Below are positions 26,915-37,614 of a stretch of DNA of 64,000 nucleotides, piece after piece. Position 1 is the first letter of the stretch, and each line of letters begins with the position of its first letter. A model generated the notes under the pieces. The model was not told the origin of the DNA. It saw only the letters and a program-made list of their open reading frames with translations, and searched no databases. A program made the position numbers and the translations under genes. The stretch is from an uncultured Armatimonadetes bacterium (GTDB lineage: Bacteria; Armatimonadota; UBA5829; DTJY01): contig OY970325.1 in the NCBI GenBank assembly GCA_963717145.1, forward strand, positions 2,528,001 to 2,592,000. Direction: 5' to 3'.

Positions 26915-27778
26915 TTGAGTTCAATCACCATGAAGGAACTCCTCGAAGCAGGAGTGCACTTCGGTCACCAGACCCGCAAGTGGAACCCCAAGATGAAGCG
27001 GTACATCTACGGTGGCCGAAACGGAATCTACATCATCGACCTCCATCAGACCCTCAAGCTCTTCGATGTCGCAAGGCAGTTCATCCAGGACGTCGTATCG
27101 AGAGGCGAGGTCGTGCTCTTCGTAGGCACGAAGAAGCAGGCCCAGGACGCAGTCGAAGAGGCCGCACGGGGCTGTGGGATGTACTGGGTCAACCAGCGCT
27201 GGCTCGGCGGCATGATGACAAACTACAAGACGATCAAGATCAGGATCGATCGTCTCGCCGAACTGCGCAAGATGGAAGAGGACGGGATTTTCGATCGGCT
27301 GACCAAGAAGGAAGCCGCCCTCCTCCGCGAAGAGATGGAGAAGCTGGAGCGGGTCCTCGGCGGCATCAAGAGCATGCCGAAGCTCCCCGGCGCGATCTAC
27401 ATCGTGGACCTAAAGAAGGAGCACATCGCGCTCGCCGAAGCCCGGAAGCTCGAGATCCCGGTCGTGGCAATCGTCGATACGAACTGCGATCCGGATGAAG
27501 TCGACTACGTTATCCCCGGCAACGACGACGCGATCCGTGCAATCAAGCTGATCACCGGCAAGATCGCCGACGCGATCGCCGAGGTCCGCCAGATCGAGAC
27601 CCAGGGCGAAGAAGTCGGAGAGGAAGTCTCCGAGGAAGAGGAAGAAGAGAAGCCCGAACCCGTCGATGCCATCGTTGATGAGGACCTCGTGATGCTGGGC
27701 GAAGCGGACGAACCGGTGGAAGAGGATGAAGCCGCCCGCAAGGTAGTCGCACCGATCGACGAGGAAGAGGAGGAATAG
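26915..27778 (+). CDS. rpsB: 30S ribosomal protein S2
   Basis: [40 protein letters not shown]. Confidence 0.98.
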   Translation: MSSITMKELLEAGVHFGHQTRKWNPKMKRYIYGGRNGIYIIDLHQTLKLFDVARQFIQDVVSRGEVVLFVGTKKQAQDAVEEAARGCGMYWVNQRWLGGMMTNYKTIKIRIDRLAELRKMEEDGIFDRLTKKEAALLREEMEKLERVLGGIKSMPKLPGAIYIVDLKKEHIALAEARKLEIPVVAIVDTNCDPDEVDYVIPGNDDAIRAIKLITGKIADAIAEVRQIETQGEEVGEEVSEEEEEEKPEPVDAIVDEDLVMLGEADEPVEEDEAARKVVAPIDEEEEE

Positions 27779-27783
27779 GACTC

Positions 27784-28383
27784 ATGGCTATCAGTGCCGA
27801 GACAGTAAAGGACCTGAGAGAGAAGACCGGCGCCGGAATGATGGACTGCAAGAGAGCACTCGAGGAGTCTTGCGGCGACATCGAGAAGGCGATCAACATA
27901 TTGCGCGAGAAGGGCTCGGCCGTCCTGGCGAAGCGTGAGTCCAAGGTTGCCTCCGAAGGGACCGTGGAGGTCTACATCCACACAGGCGGGAAGATCGGCG
28001 TCCTCGTCGAGTTGAACTGCGAGACCGATTTCGTCGCCAAGACCGACGATTTCAAGCAGTTGGCAAAGGACGTCGCCATGCACATCTCCTGGAGCAATCC
28101 GGAGTACCTGACTCGCGAGGAGATCCCTTGCGAGAAGCTGGAGTGCGAGCGCGAGATCCACAAGCAGTGGGCGCTGAACCAGGGCAAGCCCGAGGCCGCT
28201 CTCCCGAAGATCGTCGAGGGCCGCATGGAGAAATACTTTTCCACGGTAGTCCTGCTCGATCAGCCGTTCATCAAGAACGAGGACATGACTATCGGCGAAC
28301 TCGTTCGAGAGAAGGCCGGCAAGATTGGCGAGAAGATCGGCGTCCGCCGGTTCGCGCGCTTCAGAGTCGGCGAAGAACTCTAA
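27784..28383 (+). CDS. tsf: Elongation factor Ts (short form)
   Basis: VK.LREKTGAGMMDCK.AL, VELNCETDFVA. Confidence 0.98.
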   Translation: MAISAETVKDLREKTGAGMMDCKRALEESCGDIEKAINILREKGSAVLAKRESKVASEGTVEVYIHTGGKIGVLVELNCETDFVAKTDDFKQLAKDVAMHISWSNPEYLTREEIPCEKLECEREIHKQWALNQGKPEAALPKIVEGRMEKYFSTVVLLDQPFIKNEDMTIGELVREKAGKIGEKIGVRRFARFRVGEEL

Positions 28384-28385
28384 CA

Positions 28386-28494
28386 GGGAAATGGTTGATG
28401 GTTAATTGTTGATGGCAGAGGGGAATGGTTCATGGTTTTCATTCCCCATTTCCCATTAACCATCGACCATCAACCATTTCCCCCATCAACCATT
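28386..28494. repeat. Inverted pair of (ATGGTTG)n / (CAACCAT)n heptamer arrays
   Basis: gggaaatggttgatggttaattgttgatgg ... ccattaaccatcgaccatcaaccatttcccc; same family as 15561-15650. Confidence 0.85.
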
Positions 28495-29226
28495 ATGAAA
28501 CCAGAACCTCCGAGATGGAAGAGAGTCCTGCTCAAGTTGAGTGGTGAGGCATTCGCCGGCGATCAGGGCTTCGGCATCGATCCGGACGCCGTCAAGCGAC
28601 TGGCAGAGGACATCCTCGAAACCAGGCAGGTCGGCATCGATGTGGCAGTGGTGGTCGGCGGCGGGAACATCATTCGCGGCGGAAGGGCCTCCAGCAAGGG
28701 CGTGGACAGGGCGAGCGCCGACTACATGGGAATGCTCGGCACAGTGATCAACGCACTGGCGCTCCAGGATGCCCTCGAGAAGCTGGGCGCCGACACCAGA
28801 GTCCAGACCGCCATCACCATGTCCGCGGTGGCCGAGCCGTTCATCCGCCGGCGCGCCATACGACATATGGAGAAGGGGCGGATCGTCATCCTCGCGGCCG
28901 GGACGGGTATGCCGTATTTCACCACGGATACGGCGGCCGTCCAGCGCGCACTCGAAATCCACGCCGAAGCAGTCCTCAAGGGCACGAATGTGGATGGAGT
29001 GTATGACCAGGATCCCAGAAAGTGCCCGGATGCCGTCAAGTTCGAGCAGTTGGACTTCATGGACGCGATCAGCAAAGGGCTCGGCATCATGGACCTCACC
29101 GCGTTCTCGCTCTGCAAGGAATACGATCTACCGATAGTGGTATTCAACATCAACACGCCGGGGAACCTCAAGCGCGTCGTCTGCGGCGAGGCGATCGGCA
29201 CTTACGTTGGGAGGGCCAACCAATGA
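28495..29226 (+). CDS. pyrH: UMP kinase
   Basis: [34 protein letters not shown]. Confidence 0.97.
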   Translation: MKPEPPRWKRVLLKLSGEAFAGDQGFGIDPDAVKRLAEDILETRQVGIDVAVVVGGGNIIRGGRASSKGVDRASADYMGMLGTVINALALQDALEKLGADTRVQTAITMSAVAEPFIRRRAIRHMEKGRIVILAAGTGMPYFTTDTAAVQRALEIHAEAVLKGTNVDGVYDQDPRKCPDAVKFEQLDFMDAISKGLGIMDLTAFSLCKEYDLPIVVFNINTPGNLKRVVCGEAIGTYVGRANQ

Positions 29227-29780
29227 TCACTGAAGTGATGAACGAAGCCGAACGGAAGATGAAGAAAGCGGTGGAAGCCGCACAGCAGGACTACACAACG
29301 ATACGCACCGGACGTGCGAACCCGGCTCTGCTCGAGAAGATTACGGTCGACATGTACGGCAGCGCGATGCCTGTGAACCAGCTTGCCACCATATCCGTAC
29401 CGGAGCCGAGGCAGCTCGTCATAGCCCCGTGGGACAAGACCGCGATCGCAGCCATCGAGCGCGCGATCCAGAAGTCGGACCTGGCGCTGACTCCATCGAG
29501 CGACGGCAACGTCATCCGCCTCAACATTCCTCACCTGACCGAGGAGAGGCGCAAGGACATGATCAAGATCCTCCACAAGAAGGCCGAGGAGCATCGGGTC
29601 GCCGTGCGGAACGTCCGCCGTGAGGCGAACGAGGACCTGAAGAAACTCGAGAAGGCGCACGAGGCGTCGGAGGACGATGTCCGGCGGAATCAGGAGCAGG
29701 TCCAGAAGATTACCGACAAGTACATCGAGCAGATCGATGTCATCACTCACGCCAAAGAGGCGGAGTTGATGGAAGTCTAG
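29223..29780 (+). CDS. frr: Ribosome recycling factor
   Basis: [29 protein letters not shown]. Confidence 0.97.
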   Translation: MITEVMNEAERKMKKAVEAAQQDYTTIRTGRANPALLEKITVDMYGSAMPVNQLATISVPEPRQLVIAPWDKTAIAAIERAIQKSDLALTPSSDGNVIRLNIPHLTEERRKDMIKILHKKAEEHRVAVRNVRREANEDLKKLEKAHEASEDDVRRNQEQVQKITDKYIEQIDVITHAKEAELMEV

Positions 29781-29862
29781 AGTGACGGAGTGCAAGTGCG
29801 GGGTATGGGAGTATGGGAGTGTGGGGATAGCCCATGCTCCCTTTCAGCTTTGAGGTAGTGTA

Positions 29863-30639
29863 GTGACAAACCCGGAGCAGGTTCAATACGAGATCGGCAT
29901 CGCGCTCGACCCGGATCGGATGCCCGAGCACGTCGCGATCATCATGGACGGCAACGGCCGGTGGGCGACCGAGCAGGGACTCCCGCGCATCATGGGCCAC
30001 CACGAAGGCTACCAGACCGTCCTCAAGATCGTGCGCGCCGCCGACGACCTGGGTGTCGGGGCTCTGACCCTCTACACGTTCTCGACCGAGAACTGGCGGC
30101 GTCCGAAGGATGAGGTCGAAATGCTGATGGCCCTCATCGAGGATGCCACCCGGAACGAACTCCCCATGATGCTGGAGAACAACATCAGGCTGCGAGTCTC
30201 CGGCCGGGTATCGGAGCTGCCGGACTCCCTGCAGTCGGCGCTCAACGACAATATCGAGCGGACGAAGAGCAACACGGGACTCGTGCTGAACCTGGCGATC
30301 AACTACGGCGGACGGGGGGAGATCCTCGATGCGGTCCGGGAGGCGTGCCGGCGCGTGCGGGCGGGTGAACTCGACCCGGAGACGATCGATGAGACGTACT
30401 TCTCCCATCTGCTGTACACTGCGGGGCTGCCCGACCCGGATCTGATGATCCGCACGGCCGGCGAGCTTCGGGTAAGCAATTTCCTGCTCTGGCAGATCGC
30501 CTACGCCGAGATCTGGGTGACCCCCACCCTATGGCCGGACTTCCGGAAGGCCGACCTTGTCCACGCGATCGCCGATTTCCAAAAGCGCACCCGCAAGTTC
30601 GGATCTGTTTCTTCCTTACCAGGAGGTACACGCCAATGA
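29863..30639 (+). CDS. uppS: Undecaprenyl diphosphate synthase (isoprenyl transferase)
   Basis: HVAIIMDGNGRWA, FSTENW.RP, NYGGR.EI, DPDL.IRT.GE.R.SNFLLWQ. Confidence 0.97.
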   Translation: MTNPEQVQYEIGIALDPDRMPEHVAIIMDGNGRWATEQGLPRIMGHHEGYQTVLKIVRAADDLGVGALTLYTFSTENWRRPKDEVEMLMALIEDATRNELPMMLENNIRLRVSGRVSELPDSLQSALNDNIERTKSNTGLVLNLAINYGGRGEILDAVREACRRVRAGELDPETIDETYFSHLLYTAGLPDPDLMIRTAGELRVSNFLLWQIAYAEIWVTPTLWPDFRKADLVHAIADFQKRTRKFGSVSSLPGGTRQ

Positions 30640-31055
30640 CACGATCCAAAGGGCTTGCCGTCACAGTTGTCATCATCGCAGCGGCGGCCAACCTTTTCAT
30701 CCTTGGGGAGATTCTTTCCATCCTGCTCGGTCTGTATCGCGAACGCACCGACATGCCCCTCCTGACGCTGGGCATACCGCCCGGCCTGGCAGTAGTCGCA
30801 AGCAGCATTCTGGCCTGGCTCATTGCCTCGCTGCAGTTGAGGAAAGCATCCGTCGCGCGGCTGGACGCAATCGGTTGGGGCGCGCTTGCGGGACTCATCG
30901 CGGCGTTGGCGTCCTCCGTGACACTCGGATGGATCCTCATCACGAATCTGGGCTCATCAATGGTCGGCTCGGTACTGATAATCCTTGCCGTCGGACTCCT
31001 ATGCGGGCTGTCGGTGCTTTCCGCTGTGATGTGCCGGTATCGAGGTCGAGGCTAG
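30636..31055 (+). CDS. Small hypothetical membrane protein (about 4 TM)
   Basis: RBS AGGAGG; ATGA overlap with uppS; hydrophobic segments; no CdsA motifs. Confidence 0.7.
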   Translation: MTRSKGLAVTVVIIAAAANLFILGEILSILLGLYRERTDMPLLTLGIPPGLAVVASSILAWLIASLQLRKASVARLDAIGWGALAGLIAALASSVTLGWILITNLGSSMVGSVLIILAVGLLCGLSVLSAVMCRYRGRG

Positions 31056-31063
31056 ACGTCCCC

Positions 31064-32239
31064 ATGAAAAGCATCTCGATCCTCGGGTCCACCGGCTCCA
31101 TAGGGACGCAGGTCCTCGACATAGTATCGCGGCTACCGAAGCGGCTGGAAGTCGTTGGACTGGCGGCACATCGCAACGTCGAGCTTCTCGCAGAGCAGGT
31201 TCTTCAATATCAGCCATCGGTCGTCTCCATCGGCACGGAAGAAGACGCCGGGCGACTGCGTACGGAACTCGAACGTCGAACGTCCAACTTCCAACGTCGA
31301 ACACTGAACTTGGAGATCGTCTGGGGCTCGGAAGGACTCGCCCGGGTCGCCACAATGGCTGAGGCGCAAACGGTCGTCGTGTCTGTCGCGGGTGCGATCG
31401 GACTCGCGCCGACCATCGCGGCGATCAAGGCCGGGAAAGAGATCGCCCTCGCGAGCAAAGAGGTCCTGGTAGCGGCCGGAAGCCTCGTGACGAAGCTCGC
31501 AGAAGAGCATGGAGTTCGACTGCTCCCGATCGACAGCGAGCATTCCGCCCTCCTCCAGTGCCTGAATGGCGAAGACCCGAAAACGATCCGGCGGCTGATC
31601 CTGACCGCGTCAGGCGGCGCATTCCGAGACTGCCCGGTTGAGTCGCTCAAAACGGCCACCATCGAGCAGGCACTGGCGCATCCAAACTGGACCATGGGCC
31701 GGAAGATCACCATCGACTCCGCCACGCTGATGAACAAGTGCCTGGAGATCATCGAAGCGCACTGGCTCTTCGGGGTCGAGCCGCAAAAAATCGAGGTTGT
31801 TATTCATCCCCAGAGTATAGTACACTCTATGGTAGAGTTCGACGACGGTTCGACAATCGCGCAGTTGGGAGTGCCCGACATGCGCCTGCCGATCCAGTAC
31901 GCACTCCTCTATCCTGAGCGGCCGGCAACCGGACTCCCGAGGCTCGAAATCACACAGGTCGGGCGTCTCGATTTCCGCGAGCCGGACCTCGAACGCTATC
32001 CGGCGCTGAGCCTGGCGTACGAGGCACTCGGCCGGGGCGGGACGATGCCTGCGGTGATGAATGCGGCAAACGAGAACGCAGTCGGCTTGTTTCTCGATGG
32101 AAGGATAGATTTTCTCGACATTTGCGGTATAACGAAGAAAGTCATGAAGAACCACTCGCCCCTCACGGATCCGAACCTCGAGCAAATCCTCGAGGCGGAC
32201 ACCTGGGGGCGCAGACAGGCTCTGGACTTTCGACTTTAG
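31064..32239 (+). CDS. dxr: 1-deoxy-D-xylulose-5-phosphate reductoisomerase (short in-frame repeat insert)
   Basis: ILGSTGSIGTQ, LPIDSEHSA, LTASGG, HPNW.MG.KITIDSAT, HPQSIVHS. Confidence 0.97.
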   Translation: MKSISILGSTGSIGTQVLDIVSRLPKRLEVVGLAAHRNVELLAEQVLQYQPSVVSIGTEEDAGRLRTELERRTSNFQRRTLNLEIVWGSEGLARVATMAEAQTVVVSVAGAIGLAPTIAAIKAGKEIALASKEVLVAAGSLVTKLAEEHGVRLLPIDSEHSALLQCLNGEDPKTIRRLILTASGGAFRDCPVESLKTATIEQALAHPNWTMGRKITIDSATLMNKCLEIIEAHWLFGVEPQKIEVVIHPQSIVHSMVEFDDGSTIAQLGVPDMRLPIQYALLYPERPATGLPRLEITQVGRLDFREPDLERYPALSLAYEALGRGGTMPAVMNAANENAVGLFLDGRIDFLDICGITKKVMKNHSPLTDPNLEQILEADTWGRRQALDFRL

Positions 32240-32240
32240 A

Positions 32241-32273
32241 CGTTGGGGATGGAGTTGGACTCTATCCCCAACG
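32241..32273. repeat. Single REP-like palindrome (same family as the trmFO and dinG inserts)
   Basis: cgttggggatggagttggactctatccccaacg. Confidence 0.85.
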
Positions 32274-32304
32274 GCGGACTTTTGACTCGTAGTGGAGGAA
32301 GATA

Positions 32305-33363
32305 TTGCCTGACGCAGTAGTGACGGGGCTGGCGCTGATAGTGCTTCTTGGGACGCTGGTCCTGTTCCATGAGTTCGGACATTTTGCGGTAGCAAAGCTG
32401 TTTCGGATCAGGGTGGACGAGTTCGCATTCGGCTTCGGCCCGAAGTGGATTCGCCTGTTCAAGCGCGGGGATACGGAGTATACGATCCATCCCGTCCCGC
32501 TCGGTGGATTCGTCAAGCTGGCGGGCATGGAACCCGGCGAGGAGGAAGTCCCGAACGGCTTCAACACCAAACCGGTCTGGCAGCGCATGCTGGTGTACTT
32601 CTCCGGGCCGTTCATGAGCTTTGTGCTCGCCGTATTCGTGTTTTCCATAATGGGATTCACGGTCGGGTTGCCGATCACCGGCGAAATCGTCAATCGGATA
32701 GAGTTGGTGCAGCCCGGCAGCATAGCGGAGAAGGCCGGACTGCGCACGGCCGATGTTATCGTATCCATCAATGGCAAGCCCATCAGGACCGGCACTGAGA
32801 TGGTGACCACCATCCATGGCAGCGCCGGCAAGGCGCTGACGTTGATGGTGCGGCGCAATAATGGAAAGCAGTTGGCCATCCACGCGACCCCGAAGGCCGA
32901 GAAGCTTGGCAAGAAGACCGTGGGCCTGCTGGGGTTCATCCCAACTCCCAAGCTACAGCGGGTCGGTCTTCGAGAGTCGGTTCGCTACGGCGCAATTCAG
33001 ACCGAAGTGTTCGCGGTCGGCATGTTGCAGTCGATCTTCAGCCGGCACGTCAAGGACTCGGTCGGCGGGCCGATTGCTATCGCCGATGCGACTCAGACGA
33101 GCGTCAAGCGGGGGCTGTTCGGTTACCTGCAGTTGATGGCGATCCTCAGCCTGAGCCTGGGCGTGATCAACCTCATCCCGATACCGATCCTGGACGGCGG
33201 GGCGATCATGCTGCTCTTGGGCGAGAGGATCAAGGGCAGACGGCTTGCACCACGAACGATTGAGGTGGCTCAGAAGATCGGCCTGGCGTTGATCGCAGCA
33301 TTGTTCATAACCATCATGTACCTCGATCTGAGCCGACTCGCATCGAATCAGTTATTCAGGTAG
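32305..33363 (+). CDS. rseP: RIP metalloprotease RseP (M50, PDZ)
   Basis: HEFGH, GFGP, PLGGFV, PDZ region, NLIPIPILDGG. Confidence 0.95.
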   Translation: MPDAVVTGLALIVLLGTLVLFHEFGHFAVAKLFRIRVDEFAFGFGPKWIRLFKRGDTEYTIHPVPLGGFVKLAGMEPGEEEVPNGFNTKPVWQRMLVYFSGPFMSFVLAVFVFSIMGFTVGLPITGEIVNRIELVQPGSIAEKAGLRTADVIVSINGKPIRTGTEMVTTIHGSAGKALTLMVRRNNGKQLAIHATPKAEKLGKKTVGLLGFIPTPKLQRVGLRESVRYGAIQTEVFAVGMLQSIFSRHVKDSVGGPIAIADATQTSVKRGLFGYLQLMAILSLSLGVINLIPIPILDGGAIMLLLGERIKGRRLAPRTIEVAQKIGLALIAALFITIMYLDLSRLASNQLFR

Positions 33364-33368
33364 AGCAG

Positions 33369-34433
33369 ATGCTTGAGCGGCGAAAGACAAGGCAGGTTCG
33401 GGTTGCGGACTTGCTCATCGGCGGGGATGCAGCGGTGTCGGTGCAGTCGATGACCAACACCGCGACTACGGATGTCGCCGCCACCGTGCAGCAGATACGC
33501 CAGCTCGAGGAAGCCGGCTGCGACTTGGTGCGCGTGGCAGTCCCCGACCAGGATGCCGCCGATTCGCTGGCCGAGATCAAGCAGCGCATTCATATCCCAC
33601 TCGCCGCGGACATCCACTTTGATTACCGGCTCGCGCTCACCGCGATCGAGCAGGGCGTCGACAAGCTTCGTCTCAATCCCGGCAACATCAAGGACCCGGA
33701 CAAGATCGCGCTGATCGCGGACCGCGCCAAGGAACGGGGAATCCCGATCCGGATCGGCGTCAACGCCGGCTCGATCGACCGGAAGCGCTACGACCTTACC
33801 CCCGAGGGCCTCGTACAGAGCGCGCTGGACGAGGTCGCGCTGCTCGAGTCCCGGGACTTCACCGACATCATCATCAGCCTCAAGGCGTTCGATGTACCAA
33901 TGACTATCGACGCATACCGACTGATGTCCGAGAAGGTCGATCACCCCCTGCATATCGGGGTCACGGAGGCCGGCCTCTTGAGACAGGGAACGATCCGCTC
34001 GTCGGTCGGGATCGGGGCGCTCCTGGCGATGGGCATCGGTGACACGCTGAGAGTGTCGTTGACCGCCGATCCGGTCGAGGAGGTCAAGGTCGGAATCGAG
34101 ATCCTGAAGTCGCTCGACCTCCGACGTCAGGGGTTCACACTGATCTCGTGCCCGACCTGCGCGCGGTGCGGGATCGACCTCGTCGGCATCGTCACCGAGG
34201 TCGAGCGCCGGCTTTTGGAAATGACGGACCGGGCGCCGTTGACTGTGGCGGTCATGGGCTGCGAGGTCAATGGGCCGGGCGAGGCGCGCGAGGCTGATGT
34301 CGGCGTCGCGGGATCGATGGACGGAGGAGTGATTTTCTCAGGCGGGCAGGCGCTCCGCAAGGTTTCCGCGGCGGACATGGTGAATGAACTCATGGCGGAA
34401 GTCCGGCGTGCGGCGGAGAAGAAAGGCGTCTGA
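33369..34433 (+). CDS. ispG: (E)-4-hydroxy-3-methylbut-2-enyl-diphosphate synthase
   Basis: VQSMTNT, ADIHF, R.NPGN, IGVN.GS, SCPTCARC, MGC.VNGPGE. Confidence 0.97.
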   Translation: MLERRKTRQVRVADLLIGGDAAVSVQSMTNTATTDVAATVQQIRQLEEAGCDLVRVAVPDQDAADSLAEIKQRIHIPLAADIHFDYRLALTAIEQGVDKLRLNPGNIKDPDKIALIADRAKERGIPIRIGVNAGSIDRKRYDLTPEGLVQSALDEVALLESRDFTDIIISLKAFDVPMTIDAYRLMSEKVDHPLHIGVTEAGLLRQGTIRSSVGIGALLAMGIGDTLRVSLTADPVEEVKVGIEILKSLDLRRQGFTLISCPTCARCGIDLVGIVTEVERRLLEMTDRAPLTVAVMGCEVNGPGEAREADVGVAGSMDGGVIFSGGQALRKVSAADMVNELMAEVRRAAEKKGV

Positions 34434-34460
34434 ACCGCCGATGAACGCAAATGAACGCGG

Positions 34461-34937
34461 ATGGGGAACATGGAACTTCGAAAGGCTCGAATCGCGGATA
34501 TACCAGAGATGCAGCGGCTGATCAACGGATTCGCCGACAAGGGCGATCTGCTCCATCGATCGCTGAGCCAACTATACGAGAACATCCGGGATTTCCATGT
34601 ATTCGAGGACCAGGGGCGTGTCGTCGGCACGTGCGCGCTGCACGTCAACTGGGACGACCTGGCGGAGATTATGGCACTCACAGTCGATGAATCCTGCCAG
34701 GGGAAGGGGCTCGGCCTCCAACTCGTCCAATCCTGCATCGAGGACTGCCGGGCCCTCGGGATACACCGGGTGTTTGCACTCACCTACAAGCCTGAGTTCT
34801 TCGTAAAGCATGGGTTCCGATACATCGAGAAGTCGGAGTTGCCTCAGAAAGTCTGGTCGGAGTGCATCAACTGCGTGAAGTTCCCCGACTGCGGCGAGGT
34901 CGCCGTCATCCGGGAATTGGAGGGCAATCATGTCTAA
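34461..34937 (+). CDS. GNAT N-acetyltransferase (short N-acetylglutamate synthase-like)
   Basis: LYENIRDF, LAEI, QGKGLG, FALTY, LPQKVW.EC..C.KFP.C.E. Confidence 0.88.
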   Translation: MGNMELRKARIADIPEMQRLINGFADKGDLLHRSLSQLYENIRDFHVFEDQGRVVGTCALHVNWDDLAEIMALTVDESCQGKGLGLQLVQSCIEDCRALGIHRVFALTYKPEFFVKHGFRYIEKSELPQKVWSECINCVKFPDCGEVAVIRELEGNHV

Positions 34938-35106
34938 GATCAAGGAAGAAGTTATCGATATGATTCGCCGCATGCCTGAGGATGCGAGCGTGGAGGACAT
35001 CATGGCCGAGCTTTGCTTCCGGCAGAAAGTAGACACCGGCCTGCAGCAAGTTGAGGACGGCAAGACCTTGACCCACGAGCAAGTCAAGGCGAGACTCGGC
35101 TGGTAG
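34930..35106 (+). CDS. Small antitoxin-like protein (type usually paired with RelE/ParE), 58 aa
   Basis: Manual translation MSKIKEEVIDMIRRMPEDASVEDIMAELCFRQKVDTGLQQVEDGKTLTHEQVKARLGW; RBS GGAGGG; below the ORF-track cutoff. Confidence 0.7.
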   Translation: MSKIKEEVIDMIRRMPEDASVEDIMAELCFRQKVDTGLQQVEDGKTLTHEQVKARLGW

Positions 35107-35112
35107 TTCATC

Positions 35113-35935
35113 TTGAAGTCACCACGAATCCTCAGCACGCGAATCTCTTTCGGACGAATCCTCATTCTCCTCAGCATACCGGCCCTGATCGCCGGAATCT
35201 GCGTCCTCGACGCACTGTTCATCGAACCGAACTTTCCGCGAGTGATCACTCAGGAGATCGTGATCAAGGACCTCCCCAACCCACTCGATGGGCTCAAGAT
35301 CGTGCACCTCACCGACCTTCATATTGTAACTGTCGGCAAGCGCGAGGACAGAGCGCTCGCGAAGATCAACCTCATCAAGCCGGACGTCATTTGCATGACC
35401 GGTGACTACGTCGAGGACGATGGGATCACGCCGGGCTACCCAACGAAGGCGGATTGCACTCGCAGCTTCCGGTACTTTTCGTATCGCCTCAGGGCGAAGC
35501 ACGGAGTATACGCCGTTTCCGGCAACTGGGATCCGCCCACGTTGGAGACGGATATCGCTGGAACCGGGGTGACGATGCTGGATGACAAGGCGGTTACTCT
35601 GAGGATCGGAGGTGCGGACCTGACGATCTCGGGCAGCAGACCGGTGGAACAGGGCCAGGTGAAGGCGCACCCGCTCATCGTGCTCGACCACTTCCCCGAG
35701 GTGGTCGACAACCTGGTGAGAACCGGAAGGCAGGTGGACCTGATGCTCGCCGGTCACTGGCATGGCGGCCAGGTGAACATCCCGGGCCAGACCCCGCAGG
35801 TGAAGTACCTCGCCGGATACTACAAGGTCGGCGACGCCCAACTCTACGTCGGTCGAGGGCTCGGGCATGCACACACATGCCGTTCGCTTCCGCTGTCCGT
35901 CCGAGATCACCCTGATCGTCCTCAGGCGCGGCTAG
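35113..35935 (+). CDS. Metallophosphoesterase (YkuE-like), apparent +1 frameshift near 35863
   Basis: DLH, GD, GN, GH.HGGQ, GRGLG; the shifted frame gives the typical ending RFRCPSEITLI, stop at 35933-35935. Confidence 0.8.
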
Positions 35936-36019
35936 AACTCCTTGCCCCTCGCCGCCGTATCTGCTAGAATCACTTGGCCGAGGCTCGCATAGCGAATCAG
36001 TGGCCGGAGGAGGCAATCC

Positions 36020-37612
36020 TTGAGTATTCCGGGATGGACGAACGTCCCTGTCGAGTTCGATCTCACCGCCGGAGCGACCGACCCCGACATAGAGGTCGAT
36101 GTCGTCTTCAGCGGTCCGGCGGGGGAGTTCAGAGTGCCCGCGTTCCGGGCGGGAGGGAACGCGTTCCGAGTGCGTTTCGCCGCTCCTGAACGCGGCCGAT
36201 ACGCCTACCACACGATCTGTTCCGGCGACGACGACCTCAATGACCGGACGGGCGATCTGCACATCGAGCCGTATGACGGCGACAATCCACTCTACCAACA
36301 CGGACGCCTGAGAGTCGCACAGAATCACCGCACGCTGGAGCACTCCGACGGCACTCCGTTCTTCTGGCTCGGCGACACCTGGTGGATGGGCCTCACGAAG
36401 CGGCTCGACTGGCCGAACGGTTTCGCATCCCTCGCCGCCGACCGGGTTGCCAAGGGGTTCAACCTGATACAGATCGTCGCCGGTCCGCTGCCCGACTTCG
36501 ACGCCGAGTCCGCGACCTGGGATCCCCAGCAGGCGAACGAGGCGGGTTGGCCGTGGGAGCGCGACTGGGCGCGGATCAACCCCGAGTTCTACGATCTCGC
36601 CGATCAGCGGATCGCGCATCTCGTGGAGCAAGGGCTCGTCCCGTGCATCGTCGGCATGTGGGGCTTCTACCTGCCGTTCATGGGCATCGACAAGGTCAAG
36701 CAGCACTGGCGCAACCTCGTCGCCCGATACGGTGCGTACCCGGTCGTATGGTGCATCGCCGGCGAGGTGAAGATGCCGACCTACAGCCACCACGGCATCC
36801 CCGGCGCATGGCAGACCGAGGGCGCTGAGTTGGAGGCAGGCTGGACCGAAGTCGGGCACTACCTGAGGGAGATCGATCCCTACCACCATCCCGTGACTGT
36901 GCATCCCACGGGGGGCGCGAGCGGCCGTAACATGCTCCCCGAATCACTGATCGACGTCGACATGCTCCAGACCGGACACGGCGGCCACAATGTGCTTCCT
37001 CGGACGGTCGATATCACAGACACCGCCAATGCCAACACGCCGCGCATGCCGGTGGTCAACAGTGAGCCGTGCTACGAGGGCATCATGGGGACCGCCTGGC
37101 AGGAGATGCAGCGGTTCGTCTTCTGGACGAGCGTCATGTCCGGCTCAGCGGGCCACACATACGGCGCGCAAGGCATCTGGGCGATGAGTTCGCGCGACGA
37201 GCCGTTCCTCGGCTCCACCATGAACTGGGGCGACGGCTTTTGGCAGGATGTAATGCATTATCAGGGCTCGGCGCAGGTAGGATTAGGCCGACGCTTCCTC
37301 GAACGATACCCCTGGTGGCTTTTCGAGCCGGTCACCGTGGAAGGTCTCTCCCGCAGTTCGTTCGGGATGGGCATCCCTGGCAAGGTGGCAGTGTTCTACC
37401 TCGCGGGGCAGTGGGCGGATCCGAAGTTCGCCGGGGTGCAGGGCCAGCGGATCGATATCGAGCCGAACGCGCGGTATCGGGCGTACTTCTTCGACCCGAG
37501 GACGGGCAAGGATGTCGCCATTGGACCGGTTGAGCCCGATCCGGACGGCCTGTGGCCGGTCCCGCGCAAGCCGTCGATGGACGACTGGGTACTCGTTCTC
37601 GAGAGGACGTAA
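36020..37612 (+). CDS. DUF4038/DUF5060-type (apiosidase-like) glycoside hydrolase family protein
   Basis: DGTPFFWLGDTWW, KGFN.IQ, ARYGAYPVVW, DPYHHP.T.HP, QTGH, EPCYE, GHTYG, DWVL. Confidence 0.85.
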   Translation: MSIPGWTNVPVEFDLTAGATDPDIEVDVVFSGPAGEFRVPAFRAGGNAFRVRFAAPERGRYAYHTICSGDDDLNDRTGDLHIEPYDGDNPLYQHGRLRVAQNHRTLEHSDGTPFFWLGDTWWMGLTKRLDWPNGFASLAADRVAKGFNLIQIVAGPLPDFDAESATWDPQQANEAGWPWERDWARINPEFYDLADQRIAHLVEQGLVPCIVGMWGFYLPFMGIDKVKQHWRNLVARYGAYPVVWCIAGEVKMPTYSHHGIPGAWQTEGAELEAGWTEVGHYLREIDPYHHPVTVHPTGGASGRNMLPESLIDVDMLQTGHGGHNVLPRTVDITDTANANTPRMPVVNSEPCYEGIMGTAWQEMQRFVFWTSVMSGSAGHTYGAQGIWAMSSRDEPFLGSTMNWGDGFWQDVMHYQGSAQVGLGRRFLERYPWWLFEPVTVEGLSRSSFGMGIPGKVAVFYLAGQWADPKFAGVQGQRIDIEPNARYRAYFFDPRTGKDVAIGPVEPDPDGLWPVPRKPSMDDWVLVLERT

Positions 37613-37614
37613 CA

